Assembly (NCBI GenBank): GCA_963703345.1
Contig: OY969814.1
Coordinates: 1,088,001 to 1,152,000, forward strand
Reading direction: 5' to 3'
Source: an uncultured Chloroflexia bacterium
GTDB taxonomy: Bacteria; Chloroflexota; Dehalococcoidia; DSTF01; JALHUB01
DNA length: 64,000 nucleotides
Shown: positions 43,329 to 53,806 of the stretch, piece after piece
How positions within the stretch are numbered: position 1 is the stretch's first letter
How the letters are laid out: each line of letters begins with the position of its first letter
Position numbers and translations under genes: made by a program
Notes under the pieces: model-generated
What the model was told of the DNA's origin: nothing
Database searches by the model: none
Seen by the model: only the letters and a program-made list of their open reading frames with translations

Positions 43329-43808
43329 ATGAGGACGACCCATCTCCATCCCTACCGCACAGCCGACGAGATCAAGACTACGGTCGAGACCCTTCATAAA
43401 GACGTCTCGCCGCTCGTCCATCCCCAGCGGATCATCGAAAAGATGCGTCAGGAGCGCCCGCCGTTCGGCCGCTTCAACGGCTGGCTGGCCGACCATATCG
43501 TCGGCCTCGCCGGCACGATGATTTTCTTCTACGTTCTCTGTCTCATGCTGGCCGGCTGGTCTTTCTGGCAGACCGTGCTCAAGCATGACAGCGGCTTCGA
43601 CCCGTTCCCGTACGCCTTCCTCTTCTTCGTCCTCGGGGGAATCATGCAGTCGCTGTTCGTGCCGACGATGCTGACGGCTTCAAACCGTTCAGCGGAACGC
43701 GATCAGATAAAGGACGAGGCGGACCATCGCGCCTGGTCGCATCTTTACGACGTGAACGACGAACAGCTCAAGATCCTGCGGACGCTGCTGGAGAAAGCAG
43801 GAGGATAG
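43329..43808 (+). CDS. DUF1003-like membrane protein
   Basis: LADHIVGLAGTM, FDPFPY, two transmembrane segments. Confidence 0.7.
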   Translation: MRTTHLHPYRTADEIKTTVETLHKDVSPLVHPQRIIEKMRQERPPFGRFNGWLADHIVGLAGTMIFFYVLCLMLAGWSFWQTVLKHDSGFDPFPYAFLFFVLGGIMQSLFVPTMLTASNRSAERDQIKDEADHRAWSHLYDVNDEQLKILRTLLEKAGG

Positions 43809-43849
43809 GGCCCGAGGGGCCGGCGTCGACGAGGAGGTTGTCGGCGAGA

Positions 43850-44344
43850 CTAAGCGCCGGCGACGGGCGCCATCGGCCGGCCGCAGCTCGTGCAGAAGCG
43901 GATGGTCGCAGCGTTGGAAGCGCCACAGGCAACGCAATTCACGCCCTCCGGCTGCAGCGAACCCGCCATAGGCCGGCCGCAGTTCGTGCAGAACCGCACC
44001 GTCGGCTCGTTCGCAGCGCCGCAGACGGCGCAACTCACGCCCGCCGACGGCTCCGGCATCGATTCGGCGGCACCAGCGACGGACGCCATGGGCCGGCCGC
44101 AGTTCGTGCAAAAGCGGACCGTCGCCGTGTTGGGAGCACCGCAGACGGCGCAATTCAAGCCTTCCGGCGGTGGCTCCGGTTGCGAATCCTCAACCTTTGG
44201 CGTGCTATCGTCCTCGTGAGTGGCGGTGCGGAACTCGCGAATGCCTTTCCCCAGCGCGCTGCCCACTTCCGGCAGCTTGCCCACGCCGAAGATCATCACC
44301 ACGACCGCGAGAATCACCAGGATTTCCAGAGGTCCAAGTTCCAT
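43850..44344 (-). CDS. tatA: TatA/E subunit fused to three zinc-ribbon repeats
   Basis: [10 protein letters not shown]...[22 protein letters not shown] followed by three CxxCGAxN...RFCTxCGRPM repeats. Confidence 0.85.
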   Translation of the reverse strand: MELGPLEILVILAVVVMIFGVGKLPEVGSALGKGIREFRTATHEDDSTPKVEDSQPEPPPEGLNCAVCGAPNTATVRFCTNCGRPMASVAGAAESMPEPSAGVSCAVCGAANEPTVRFCTNCGRPMAGSLQPEGVNCVACGASNAATIRFCTSCGRPMAPVAGA

Positions 44345-44501
44345 TTTCGTCCCCTCGCCCCAACTAACTTCGTATCCAGCTTACCACCGCCGCCTTGACC
44401 GCGACAACCGGCCGAAATCGCTCGTGTTCCCCGCCAAGCCAATCGCGTACAATGGGGGCCGCGACGGTTGGAAGAGCGTCTTGCCGGACAGGGAGGGACA
44501 A

Positions 44502-45500
44502 ATGGAGAAGCGAAGGCTGGGCAACCAGGGACTTATCGTTTCCGCGCAGGGGCTGGGCTGCATGGGCATGTCGGAGTTTTACGGGCCCATCGACGACAGC
44601 GAGTCCATCGCCACCATTCGCCGCGCCCTCGAGCTCGGCGTCAACTTCCTCGATACGGCGGACATGTACGGTCCCTTCAAGAACGAGGAGCTGGTCGGCC
44701 GCGCCATCGCCGGTCGCCGCCGGGATGTCGTCCTCGCGACCAAGTTCGGTATAGTGCGCAGCGACGATTCCGCCTATCGTGCCATTCGCGGCGACCCAGA
44801 GTACGTTCGCCAGGCCTGCGAAGCCTCGCTGCGACGCCTCGGCACCGACTACATCGACCTCTACTACCTGCACCGCGCCGACCCGAAAGTCCCGATAGAA
44901 GACACCGTCGGCGCCATGGCCGAGCTCGTGGCGGCGGGCAAGGTGCGCTACCTCGGTCTGTCGGAGGTGGCGCCGGAGACGCTGCGTCGCGCTCAGGCGA
45001 CCGCGCCGATAAGCGCCCTCCAGACCGAGTGGTCGCTGTGGACTCGCGATATCGAGGACGAAGTGCTGCCGGCGGCGCGCGAGATGGGCATAGGCATCGT
45101 TCCTTACAGCCCGCTGGGCCGCGGCTTCTTGAGCGACCGCTTCTCGCGCCCCGAAGACCTTGGCGAAGACTTTCGTCGCTATCTGCCCCGCTTCCAGGGC
45201 GAGAACTTCCAGCACAACGTGGAGATCGTGGCGCGGATCAGGGAGCTGGCGGTGGAGAAGGGCGTCACGGCGGCGCAGTTGGCCCTCGCCTGGGTGCACT
45301 CGCGCGGCGAGGATGTCGTGCCGATTCCGGGAACCAAGAAGCGCCGCTACCTGGAAGAGAACGTCGCTGCGTTTGACATAAAGCTTGACGCGGCCGATTT
45401 GCGACGGATCGAAGAGGTGGCGCCAAAGGGCGCTTTCGCCGGCGACCGCTACCCGAGCATGGCGTACCTCAGCGGTGTCACGCCGCCGAAGACAAGCTGA
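44502..45500 (+). CDS. Aldo/keto reductase
   Basis: [35 protein letters not shown]. Confidence 0.95.
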   Translation: MEKRRLGNQGLIVSAQGLGCMGMSEFYGPIDDSESIATIRRALELGVNFLDTADMYGPFKNEELVGRAIAGRRRDVVLATKFGIVRSDDSAYRAIRGDPEYVRQACEASLRRLGTDYIDLYYLHRADPKVPIEDTVGAMAELVAAGKVRYLGLSEVAPETLRRAQATAPISALQTEWSLWTRDIEDEVLPAAREMGIGIVPYSPLGRGFLSDRFSRPEDLGEDFRRYLPRFQGENFQHNVEIVARIRELAVEKGVTAAQLALAWVHSRGEDVVPIPGTKKRRYLEENVAAFDIKLDAADLRRIEEVAPKGAFAGDRYPSMAYLSGVTPPKTS

Positions 45501-45626
45501 AGTCTCCTTGCGTCGGCCTGCCATCGACCCTTCGTGACGTCCGTGCCGCGTGCGCTGATCGCGCTCCTGTTGCGCTCCTCGCCCGTCCGGGCTTGCCCGT
45601 CCGGACTCGTCGCGCCGACGCGCTGG

Positions 45627-48299
45627 TTAGTCGCCGAGCGGGACGTAGAACAGCAGGCTCACGATCTCATTCCGGCGCAATCGCAGCCGCACCCAGCCGT
45701 CCTCGACCATCGCCTCGCGCAGCGGCTCCTCGTTCAGGTTCACCACGTCCACGCGGCCGTGCGGCTCGACGAATCGCACTCGGCCGCGCACCGCCCTGTC
45801 GCCGACGTTGTAGACGCGGACAACCACGCCGCTGCCGTCCTCCGCCGCCTTGATCGCCGAGACGACGAGCCCGCCGGGCTTCACTTCCACGAGGCTTGCC
45901 GTCGTCGGCAGGATGCCCTTGCCAGACGAAACGGTGGCCTGGAGCGGCCGCGTGAAGCGGTGCTCTTCCGTCATTGCCTTCGACCAGTCTCCTTCGTGAG
46001 GCGCCACCGCGTACTCGAAAACGGACGGCCCCAGGCATTGCGCGTCCGGCGTCTCCATCGTCGGTCCGGCGGGCCCGGTGCGCGGCGATAAGTCGGGTCG
46101 CGACAGCCAGCCGACGCAGCGCAGCAGGGTGAGGGCAAGCGTCACGCCCTCGGGGCCCGGCAACGCCTCGTACTCCGGCAGGCCGCGATTCGCCAGCAGC
46201 AGGCCTGCCGCGCCGTCGTTCACATCGACGAACGTCTTCTGCGGCTGAGTGCCCACCGCCTGCTCTACCCAGCTCTCGTCTGCTTCCGGCACGCCGATGG
46301 GCCGGCTGACGACGCCGAAGTGCTGCTCGGCGTGTGTGACCTGGCTTTGGACGCCGGTCGGGAAGTGGACGCGCAGGCGGTGGTCGCGCGACTGATTGTC
46401 GACACTCGTCTCGAACTCGACGCGGCGGACGCCCGGATAGAGCCGGACCAGGCGGCGAATGCGGCAGAGGGCCGTCTTTCGCGACCTCGCCTTCCTGTCC
46501 GCGGTCAGCCCGTCTGGCAGCCGGTACGTCATGTCGACTGCCAGCGTCCAGCGCGCGGGCCCGTTTTCGACGACCGCGATTTTCGGCGCGACGGCGGGCC
46601 GGTCGATGGTGCGGTCTCGTGGCGGCGAACAGTGATTGTACTCGTCGCCGCAGTCGCCACCATCGACGAGGCGATTGAGCCCGCGAAAGATGCGCCCGCT
46701 CCGCTTATCGCGCAGCGTGATGCTGCCGTCGCTCGCATCCGCCGACGCGACGAAGAACTCGTTCTCAATCGTGTTGCCACCGGAGACTGCGAGAGCGGCG
46801 GAGTCCGGGCCCAGCTCCAGTTGAAAGGACCGATAGCCGTACGCCGGGACGTTCCTCGCCAGAAAGCCGACCTTCAGCGACCGCGGCGGCGAGAACGGCA
46901 GCGCCTCGCCTGCTGGCCGCGAGACGATCTGACAGGCGTGTCGGCGCCCCTTCGCGTCGATGACTGTTAGGGGTACCTCCTCGCCGTCCTCCGGCCGCCA
47001 ATCGAAGGTGACGAAGTCGTCGCGCGGGCCGTTCGTCGGGTTGAAGACGACGACGCTCCGCTTTCCGCCCGCGTCGACCTGCGCCGCAAGGCAGGTGAGC
47101 ATCCGGCGCGCCAGGTCGCCGGCAATCTGCTCGCAGGCGTCGAAGCGCTGCGCCACCTCGCCGTAGATCGCGTCGGCGCCGGCCCCGTAGATCGGGTCGT
47201 GCTGCTGGTTCATGAGCAACTGCCGCCACGCCTCCCGCAAGAGCCCCGCGACGGAGGGCCAGGCGTCGGGATAGCCGGTGAGCGGACCCCAGGGGAGCGA
47301 CGGTTCATGCCAGTCGCCCCGGAGGCGCGCCCGCAGGAGAGCGCACCAGGCGGATAGCGGCTCCGCGGCGGCGATGAGCGTCTCCTCGCAACGGTGGCTG
47401 CGCTGCTTCACCCACATCCGCGCCGAGATGGCGCCCGGCAGCAGCGGCGAGCGCCGGCTGTTGCGCATCTCGCCGTCGTAGCGCGGCAGCGCCAGGCGTC
47501 TCCGCTCGACTTCGATGGCAATGTCCGCCAGAAGTTGCGGCAAGCTGCCGTGGACGAGCCTGCCCTTGACGATATGCGCGTTCGCCAAGTTGAGCAGCGT
47601 CGGCAGGTCCGGCTGCGGCGGCGCGTGGTCATTGCCGTTCATGATCGTCAGGAAGCGCGTCGCGGCCAGCGGCGCCAGCGACCGGCGGAAGAAGTCGATG
47701 CGCTCCGCCATCTGCTGCGGGTCCGACGGCAGGGGCCAGGCGAATCCGTAGCCGAGCGGCAGGTAAAGGGCGAGGACGCTGCTGCCGTCCGGCGAGCGCC
47801 AGCGGAACTCCGTCTTGCGGGCCCGCTCGTCGACGCCGCGCCAGACAACGGCGGACTCGAAGCCGAAGCCGCGCAGGATTGCCGGCAAGTGTGCGATGTG
47901 GCCGAAGGCATCGGGCTGGTAGCCGACGCGCATGACGCCGCCGAGCTGCCGCGCGACGCGAATACCCCGCTGCAGGTTGCGGATCAGCGATTCGCCGTGC
48001 GGCAGGAACTCGTCCGGAGCGACGTACCACGGCCCGACGAGCAGGCGCCCCTCGCGGACCAACCGCTCGACGAGCTCACGCTGGTCGGGACGGATTGCAA
48101 GGTAGTCCTCCACCGGCGCCGTCTGGCCGTCGGTCATGAAGTGCTTGTAATCGGGACTAGAGGCCAGGATGTCCAGCACGTCGTCCATGAGCCGGACGAG
48201 GCGGATGCGGTACGTCTGGAACGGCACGTACCATTCGCGGTCCCAGTGGCTGTGGGAGATGACGACGTACTCCCATCCGGAGTCGCCTTCGTCGGCCAT
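45627..48299 (-). CDS. GH38 alpha-mannosidase / mannosylglycerate hydrolase-like enzyme
   Basis: SHSHWDREWY, DGQT, GPWY, DAFGH, DHRLR, LLRCVGWLS. Confidence 0.92.
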   Translation of the reverse strand: MADEGDSGWEYVVISHSHWDREWYVPFQTYRIRLVRLMDDVLDILASSPDYKHFMTDGQTAPVEDYLAIRPDQRELVERLVREGRLLVGPWYVAPDEFLPHGESLIRNLQRGIRVARQLGGVMRVGYQPDAFGHIAHLPAILRGFGFESAVVWRGVDERARKTEFRWRSPDGSSVLALYLPLGYGFAWPLPSDPQQMAERIDFFRRSLAPLAATRFLTIMNGNDHAPPQPDLPTLLNLANAHIVKGRLVHGSLPQLLADIAIEVERRRLALPRYDGEMRNSRRSPLLPGAISARMWVKQRSHRCEETLIAAAEPLSAWCALLRARLRGDWHEPSLPWGPLTGYPDAWPSVAGLLREAWRQLLMNQQHDPIYGAGADAIYGEVAQRFDACEQIAGDLARRMLTCLAAQVDAGGKRSVVVFNPTNGPRDDFVTFDWRPEDGEEVPLTVIDAKGRRHACQIVSRPAGEALPFSPPRSLKVGFLARNVPAYGYRSFQLELGPDSAALAVSGGNTIENEFFVASADASDGSITLRDKRSGRIFRGLNRLVDGGDCGDEYNHCSPPRDRTIDRPAVAPKIAVVENGPARWTLAVDMTYRLPDGLTADRKARSRKTALCRIRRLVRLYPGVRRVEFETSVDNQSRDHRLRVHFPTGVQSQVTHAEQHFGVVSRPIGVPEADESWVEQAVGTQPQKTFVDVNDGAAGLLLANRGLPEYEALPGPEGVTLALTLLRCVGWLSRPDLSPRTGPAGPTMETPDAQCLGPSVFEYAVAPHEGDWSKAMTEEHRFTRPLQATVSSGKGILPTTASLVEVKPGGLVVSAIKAAEDGSGVVVRVYNVGDRAVRGRVRFVEPHGRVDVVNLNEEPLREAMVEDGWVRLRLRRNEIVSLLFYVPLGD

Positions 48300-48385
48300 A
48301 TCTGGCCTCCCTGCCGGTCCCTGAAAGTAGTGTAGCCGGCGGCAGATGCTGCCACCGGCTACATATTATTGTCGCTGCCTGCGTT

Positions 48386-49651
48386 CTAGAACGCAGTATC
48401 GCCACGGGCGAGCTGCCGGAAGATGGTGCGTCGCTGGATCTCCGACGTGCCGTCCGGGATGCGCGCCTCGCGAGCGATGCGGAATCCCTCCTCGAGCGCC
48501 AGCTCGCTGGAGAGGCCCATGCCGCCGTGGATCTGGATCGCCTTGTCGAAGGCGCGTTGGCACATCTCGATGGAGAGCGCCTTCGTTATGCAAACCTCCT
48601 TGATCGGAAGCTCGTTCGCGTCGAGCATCCTCGCCGTCTGGATCATGGCGTACTTGGTGGCGAAGATGTCGATCGCCATGTCGGCCATCATGAACTGGAG
48701 TGCCTGGTGCTCTGCCAGCGGCACGCCGAACGTCTTGCGCTCTTTCGAGTACGCAAGCGCTTGGTCCAGCGCCCACTCGGCGAGGCCAAGGCAGACGCCC
48801 GCCATGCCCATGCGGCCTTCGGAGATGCCGAACATCGCTATCTGGAAGGCGCCGTTCTCGTTGCCGATCATAAAGCCGTTTGGGACCCGGACGTCGTCCA
48901 TCGTGAAGCCGCCGCAGTCGCTGGAGAGGTGGCCCATGATGCGCTCCGGCCGGTCTTTTGTGAATCCGGGAGCCTTCGCGTCGAGCATGAAGGCCGTGAG
49001 ACCGCCCTTGTGCGCCGCGAACGCCGCTTCATCGGTGATGGCGAAAACGGCCGCGTAGTCGCAGTAAGGAGCGTTGGTGATCCACTGCTTGCTGCCGTTG
49101 ATGATCCAGTCGTCGCCGTCGCGACGCGCCTTAGTCTTCAGCCCCCACAGGTCGGAGCCGGCGCCCGGCTCGGTGGCACCGAAGCAGACCGTCTTCTCGC
49201 CGGCCAGGACCGGCGGCAGCACCTCGGAGCGAATGGCCGGGCCCGCCTGGAGGAACAGGTGCGAAGGGCCGTCGACGAAGCTGGCGAGTACCGGCGTGCT
49301 CAGAAATCCGTTCGCCCAACTAATGAAGATGCGGCCCGGGCCGTACTTGCGGTTCACCGCCTCCAGCACGAACGGGCCGACGGACCAGGGGAGGCCGCCG
49401 CCGCCCACGCTCTCCGGCGCCATCATGGCGTAGAAACCGACCTGCGCTGACTTGCGACGGATTTGGTCGCGCGCCTCGCGCACCGGCGGCACCAGCAGCC
49501 CATCTTCGCCGAACAGCTTCCGCTCATCGTGCAGGATGTCCTTGTACTTCTCCTCCAGCGGCAAGACATCGCTCTCGATGAAGCCGATGATCCCGCCGAC
49601 GGCTCCCTTGATGATGTCCTTGTACTCTTCGGGCATTCCTACGTCTGTCAT
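48386..49651 (-). CDS. Acyl-CoA dehydrogenase
   Basis: TEPGAGSD, NGSKQWIT, RKTFG, QIHGGMG, DGTSEIQR. Confidence 0.93.
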   Translation of the reverse strand: MTDVGMPEEYKDIIKGAVGGIIGFIESDVLPLEEKYKDILHDERKLFGEDGLLVPPVREARDQIRRKSAQVGFYAMMAPESVGGGGLPWSVGPFVLEAVNRKYGPGRIFISWANGFLSTPVLASFVDGPSHLFLQAGPAIRSEVLPPVLAGEKTVCFGATEPGAGSDLWGLKTKARRDGDDWIINGSKQWITNAPYCDYAAVFAITDEAAFAAHKGGLTAFMLDAKAPGFTKDRPERIMGHLSSDCGGFTMDDVRVPNGFMIGNENGAFQIAMFGISEGRMGMAGVCLGLAEWALDQALAYSKERKTFGVPLAEHQALQFMMADMAIDIFATKYAMIQTARMLDANELPIKEVCITKALSIEMCQRAFDKAIQIHGGMGLSSELALEEGFRIAREARIPDGTSEIQRRTIFRQLARGDTAF

Positions 49652-49874
49652 AGACTGACCCCCTCTTTAATTATTGTGAACGCTGTCGCAGCGTCCCGTG
49701 CGGAGTTCCCATGGTTTGGCTATGTCTGGTTATACCCGCATTTGCCTCAAGAACGCAACGTCCGCTTCGCGAGAGATGCCTGACTTGACAGGGCGGCGCT
49801 CCTGGCCCAACATGGCGTTGAAAAAAGCGCGTTCGTTTCGCAAGCCCGCGATTCGTCGTCGGACAGGAGACGCG

Positions 49875-50414
49875 ATGCATTGCCCGAACTGCCGTCAGAC
49901 TCTCGAAGCGGTCGACGTGGGCGGAATCCGCATCGAACGCTGTCCAAACTGCGAAGGGTTGTGGTTCGATAAGAACGAGCTGCGTGTGCTGAAGGACCGC
50001 GAAGCCGGCGGCGACTACCAGTGGATACACCTCGACCTCTGGAAAGACATGGACAAGTTCCGCGCCGCGCGGCAGCAGCGTTACTCTTGCCCCCGAGACG
50101 GTGCTTCCATGACCACCGTCCGCTACGACGAATCGAACGTCGCCATCGACGTTTGTCCGTCCTGCGACGGCATCTGGCTCGACAAGGATGGGTACCGCGA
50201 GATCATTCGCCACCTGGAAGAGACAGTCAACGCCAGCTCGGCGGAGGATTACCTGAAGGACGTGCGGCAAGAGCTCGTCCAGGTGTTCGAGGGACACGAG
50301 AACCCGCTCGAGGCGCTCCGGGACATCGGCAAGATCCTCTACCTGCTTGATCTGCGCTTCACAGTCGACCACCCGATGCTGGCGAAGCTCTCGGTCGCTT
50401 TCCCCCGCTTCTAG
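49875..50414 (+). CDS. Protein with two zf-TFIIB zinc ribbons
   Basis: CPNC...CPNCEGLWFDKNEL and CPRD...CPSCDGIWLD. Confidence 0.8.
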   Translation: MHCPNCRQTLEAVDVGGIRIERCPNCEGLWFDKNELRVLKDREAGGDYQWIHLDLWKDMDKFRAARQQRYSCPRDGASMTTVRYDESNVAIDVCPSCDGIWLDKDGYREIIRHLEETVNASSAEDYLKDVRQELVQVFEGHENPLEALRDIGKILYLLDLRFTVDHPMLAKLSVAFPRF

Positions 50415-50513
50415 CCGGGCGCCGGCCTCCCGAACGCAGCCTCGGTTTGGCGCCTTCTATTCAACGCTGCTAAAATCGATGGGGTGCGGGCGCTTCAAGC
50501 GGAGGCGGCAGCG

Positions 50514-51221
50514 ATGGCGACAACGAAGTCCCGCGAGGACGACGACCAACCCGTCGTGCTCCTCGTCGATGACGATGAGCGGCTGCTGGGCGCCCTGCGC
50601 CGCGGCCTGACGCTGCGCTCCTTCCAGGTAGAAGCAGCCTCCAACGCTGACGAAGCGCTCTCCCGACTCGAGGCGCGTCGCCCCGACGTGCTCGTCCTCG
50701 ACATCGTCATGCCCGGGATGGACGGCCTCAGCCTCTGCCGCCTCATCCGCGACCGCTACACCTGCCCGATCCTGATGCTGACGGCCCGCGATGCCGTGCC
50801 GGACCGCGTCGCAGGCCTTGAAGCAGGCGCCGACGACTACCTGGTCAAGCCCTTCGATTTGCAGGAGCTCGTGGCCCGCCTTCGCGCCCTGCTGCGCCGG
50901 GCAGGCGCCGAAACCGCGCCGGAGCAGATAGCGTTCGGCGACCTCGTGCTCGAGCCCCGTCGCTGGCTGGCCCAGCGCGCCGGCCGGCCACTGGCGCTTA
51001 CCGCCACCGAGTTCCGCCTGCTGGAGCTGTTCATGCGCTCTCCCGGCCACGTCCTGACGCGTGAAGACATCCTCGCCAGCCTTCGCGGCGACGAGTGGCT
51101 GGGAACCGAGTCCAACATCGTCGACGTGCACGTGGGCAACCTGCGCGAGAAGCTGGAGGCGGGCGGACGTGCGCGCGTCATCAAGACCATCCGCGGCGTC
51201 GGCTACGCGCTGGGGGAGTAA
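50514..51221 (+). CDS. OmpR-family response regulator (MprA-like)
   Basis: LLVDDD, LTARDAVPDRVAGLEAGADDYLVKPF, NIVDVHV, TIRGVGY. Confidence 0.92.
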   Translation: MATTKSREDDDQPVVLLVDDDERLLGALRRGLTLRSFQVEAASNADEALSRLEARRPDVLVLDIVMPGMDGLSLCRLIRDRYTCPILMLTARDAVPDRVAGLEAGADDYLVKPFDLQELVARLRALLRRAGAETAPEQIAFGDLVLEPRRWLAQRAGRPLALTATEFRLLELFMRSPGHVLTREDILASLRGDEWLGTESNIVDVHVGNLREKLEAGGRARVIKTIRGVGYALGE

Positions 51222-52589
51222 ATGTCCCTCCGACTGCGGCTCACCCTGACCTACGGCTTCCTGCTCGTCGTCGCGCTGGCCGCCTTCGGCTTCACCGCCT
51301 ATCTGATCGCCGCCCGTCGCATCTACGACGGCGTCGACGACACCCTCACCGCCCAATCAGCGCTTGTCACACCCAACCTGGAGTCGCTATCCGCTCCCCT
51401 CACCGCGCAGGACGTCGCCGCGAATCAGACGGCGCTGGCCGAGGCGGCCTCGCTGGATGCGGTCGTGCAACTGCGGCAGCCGGATGGCCAAGTAGTGTAT
51501 ACGTCCGAAAGCGCCGGCACGACCCTGCCGCCGGCCCGCCGCCTCTCGACGAATCCGCGATACATGTCACGCCGCGTCCAGAACCAGCGGATGCGCATCC
51601 TGTATCAGCCGCTCTACAACAACGGCCAGTTCCTGGGGACCGTCGAGATCGGCCAGTCGCTGAAGGAGACCGACGCCGCCCTGGACGAGATTCGGAACGT
51701 CTCTATCATCGGCGGCGTTGCGGTCTGCTTCTGTGGCGTCGTCCTCGTCTATATGCTATCCGGCCGCTCCCTGCGGCGCGTGCGCCAGGTGTCGCAGCTC
51801 GCGCGCGACATCGAACGGACGGCCGACTTTAGCCGCCGGGTTCCGGAGAAGGGGACGGCGGGCGAGACTAAGGAGCTGGTCACCACGTTTAACGCGATGA
51901 TCACCCGTGTCGAACGCACGCTCGCGGGCCAGCTTGCCTTCCTCGCCGACTCCTCGCACGAGCTGCGTCGCCCCCTCACTGTGATGCGCACGAACCTCGA
52001 CGTGCTCAGGGAGCCCGCACTCTCCGACGAGGACCGCGCCGCCTGCCTGGCCGAGATGCACACGGAAGCGGAGTCGATGAGCCGACTCATCGCCGACCTG
52101 CTGCTTCTCTCCCGCGACAAGAAGCAGGCAATGACGGTTGCGCCGGTGGATCTATCGGCCCTGTGCGAAGACGCGGCGAGCCGATTGCGGGCAACCGACG
52201 GCGGCCGGCATCAGCTATCAATCGGGGTGGCGCAGAACGTGCAGGTCAGCGGCGACCGCGAGCGGCTGGCGCAGATGCTGTGGAACCTGCTGGAGAACGC
52301 CCTCGACTACACGCCCGTCGGCGGCCGGATTGAGCTGCTTCTGGAGCAGAGCGAAGGCCGGGCGCGGCTAACGGTCAAGGACAGCGGCATCGGCGTGAGC
52401 GAAGCCGACCTGCCGCACGTCTTCGAGCGCTTCTATCGAGGTGGAGGAGCGCGATCGGTCCGTTCCGAAGGCTCAGGGCTTGGACTGGCCATCGCCCGCT
52501 ACGTTGCGGAGGCGCACGGCGGCGAGGTCGCGCTGTCCAGCCGGCCGGAGGAGGGGACCACGGTCGTGGCGGAGCTGCCGACGGTCTAG
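51222..52589 (+). CDS. HAMP sensor histidine kinase (MprB-like)
   Basis: SHELRRPL, NLLENA, FERFYRG, GSGLGL. Confidence 0.92.
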   Translation: MSLRLRLTLTYGFLLVVALAAFGFTAYLIAARRIYDGVDDTLTAQSALVTPNLESLSAPLTAQDVAANQTALAEAASLDAVVQLRQPDGQVVYTSESAGTTLPPARRLSTNPRYMSRRVQNQRMRILYQPLYNNGQFLGTVEIGQSLKETDAALDEIRNVSIIGGVAVCFCGVVLVYMLSGRSLRRVRQVSQLARDIERTADFSRRVPEKGTAGETKELVTTFNAMITRVERTLAGQLAFLADSSHELRRPLTVMRTNLDVLREPALSDEDRAACLAEMHTEAESMSRLIADLLLLSRDKKQAMTVAPVDLSALCEDAASRLRATDGGRHQLSIGVAQNVQVSGDRERLAQMLWNLLENALDYTPVGGRIELLLEQSEGRARLTVKDSGIGVSEADLPHVFERFYRGGGARSVRSEGSGLGLAIARYVAEAHGGEVALSSRPEEGTTVVAELPTV

Positions 52590-52609
52590 CCCCTCACGTC
52601 GCTCCGATT

Positions 52610-52627
52610 TCTTCATCTCCTCTTCAT
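52610..52627 (+). promoter_or_regulatory. OmpR-type direct repeat TCTTCAT-N4-TCTTCAT upstream of the sugar-modification operon
   Basis: 11-bp period repeat; similar CTTCAY pairs at 41219-41235 (+) and 30908-30924 (-). Confidence 0.45.
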
Positions 52628-52661
52628 GAATTAGCCGTGGCCGGCGACTATCGTAATCCTG

Positions 52662-53804
52662 ATGGAACTGAAGGTACCACCGGCGTCGGTCTATGTCCCG
52701 CCTGAAGACCGCGAGTGGATCCTGGCGCGGATAGACGAATGCCTCGCGAGCGGCCGCCTCACCCTCGGCCCGCACGGCGCCGAGCTTGAGAAGCAGTTCG
52801 CTGAGCGCTGTGGCGTCCGTTACGCCGTCGCCGTCAACAGCGGCACCAGCGCCCTCGAGATAATCCTTCGGGCCATCGGCGTCGAAGGACGCGAAGTCAT
52901 CATTCCCACGAACACCTTCTACGCGACAGCCGGCGCCGCTCTCCATGCCGGCGCCCGCATCCGCTTCGCCGACTGCGAGCCGGAATCGTTCGCCCTCGAC
53001 ATCGACGACCTGCGGACGCTGATCGGCCCGCAGACCGCCGCCGTCGTCATCGTCCACATTGGCGGTGTCATAACGCCCAGAATCGAAGACATCGTCCGTC
53101 TCTGCGAGCAGGCCGGCGTCCCTCTGGTGGAAGACGCCGCGCACGCGCACGGCTGCAAGCTAAACGGCAGGCCCGCGGGCTCCTTCGGGCGCGCCGCCGC
53201 CTTCTCCTTCTACCCGACGAAGGTGATGACCAGCGGCGAGGGCGGCATTCTGGTGACGGACGACGAGGCGATCCAGCGCGAAGCCCTCATCTACCGCGAC
53301 CAGGGAAAAGAAGGCTTCACCACCAACTTCCACGTCCGCCTCGGCTACAACTGGCGCATGAGCGAGCCCCACGCCGTCATCGGCCTGGCCCAGCTCCGCC
53401 GCCTCGACGAGTTCATCCAGCGTCGCAACGCCGTCGCCGCGATCTACGACGAAGGACTGAAAGCGCTGGCGCCGGCAGTGACGGCCGTGCGACCGCCGGC
53501 GGGCTCCCTGTGCAACTACTACAAGCACCTCGCCCTCCTCGACGGCGTCGACCGCGCCGTGCTGAAGAAGCTGATGCGGGAAGAGTACGGCGTTGGCCTC
53601 AGCGGCGAGGTCTACGACACGCCCTGCCATAAGCAGCCGGTCTTCGCCGCCTTCGCCGACCGGCCGCTGCCAAAGGCGGAAGACCTTTGCGCCCGCCACA
53701 TCTGTCTTCCCGTCTCGGCGAAGATGACGGAAGACGACGCTCGCTACGTCCTCCAATCGCTCCGGGCTGCCGTCTCGCGCCTGGCGACGGAGAAGGTGGT
53801 CTAA
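52662..53804 (+). CDS. DegT/DnrJ/EryC1/StrS (ArnB-like) NDP-sugar aminotransferase
   Basis: NSGTSAL, EDAAHAHG, FSFYPTKVMTSGEGG, GYNWRM. Confidence 0.93.
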   Translation: MELKVPPASVYVPPEDREWILARIDECLASGRLTLGPHGAELEKQFAERCGVRYAVAVNSGTSALEIILRAIGVEGREVIIPTNTFYATAGAALHAGARIRFADCEPESFALDIDDLRTLIGPQTAAVVIVHIGGVITPRIEDIVRLCEQAGVPLVEDAAHAHGCKLNGRPAGSFGRAAAFSFYPTKVMTSGEGGILVTDDEAIQREALIYRDQGKEGFTTNFHVRLGYNWRMSEPHAVIGLAQLRRLDEFIQRRNAVAAIYDEGLKALAPAVTAVRPPAGSLCNYYKHLALLDGVDRAVLKKLMREEYGVGLSGEVYDTPCHKQPVFAAFADRPLPKAEDLCARHICLPVSAKMTEDDARYVLQSLRAAVSRLATEKVV

Positions 53805-53806
53805 CC

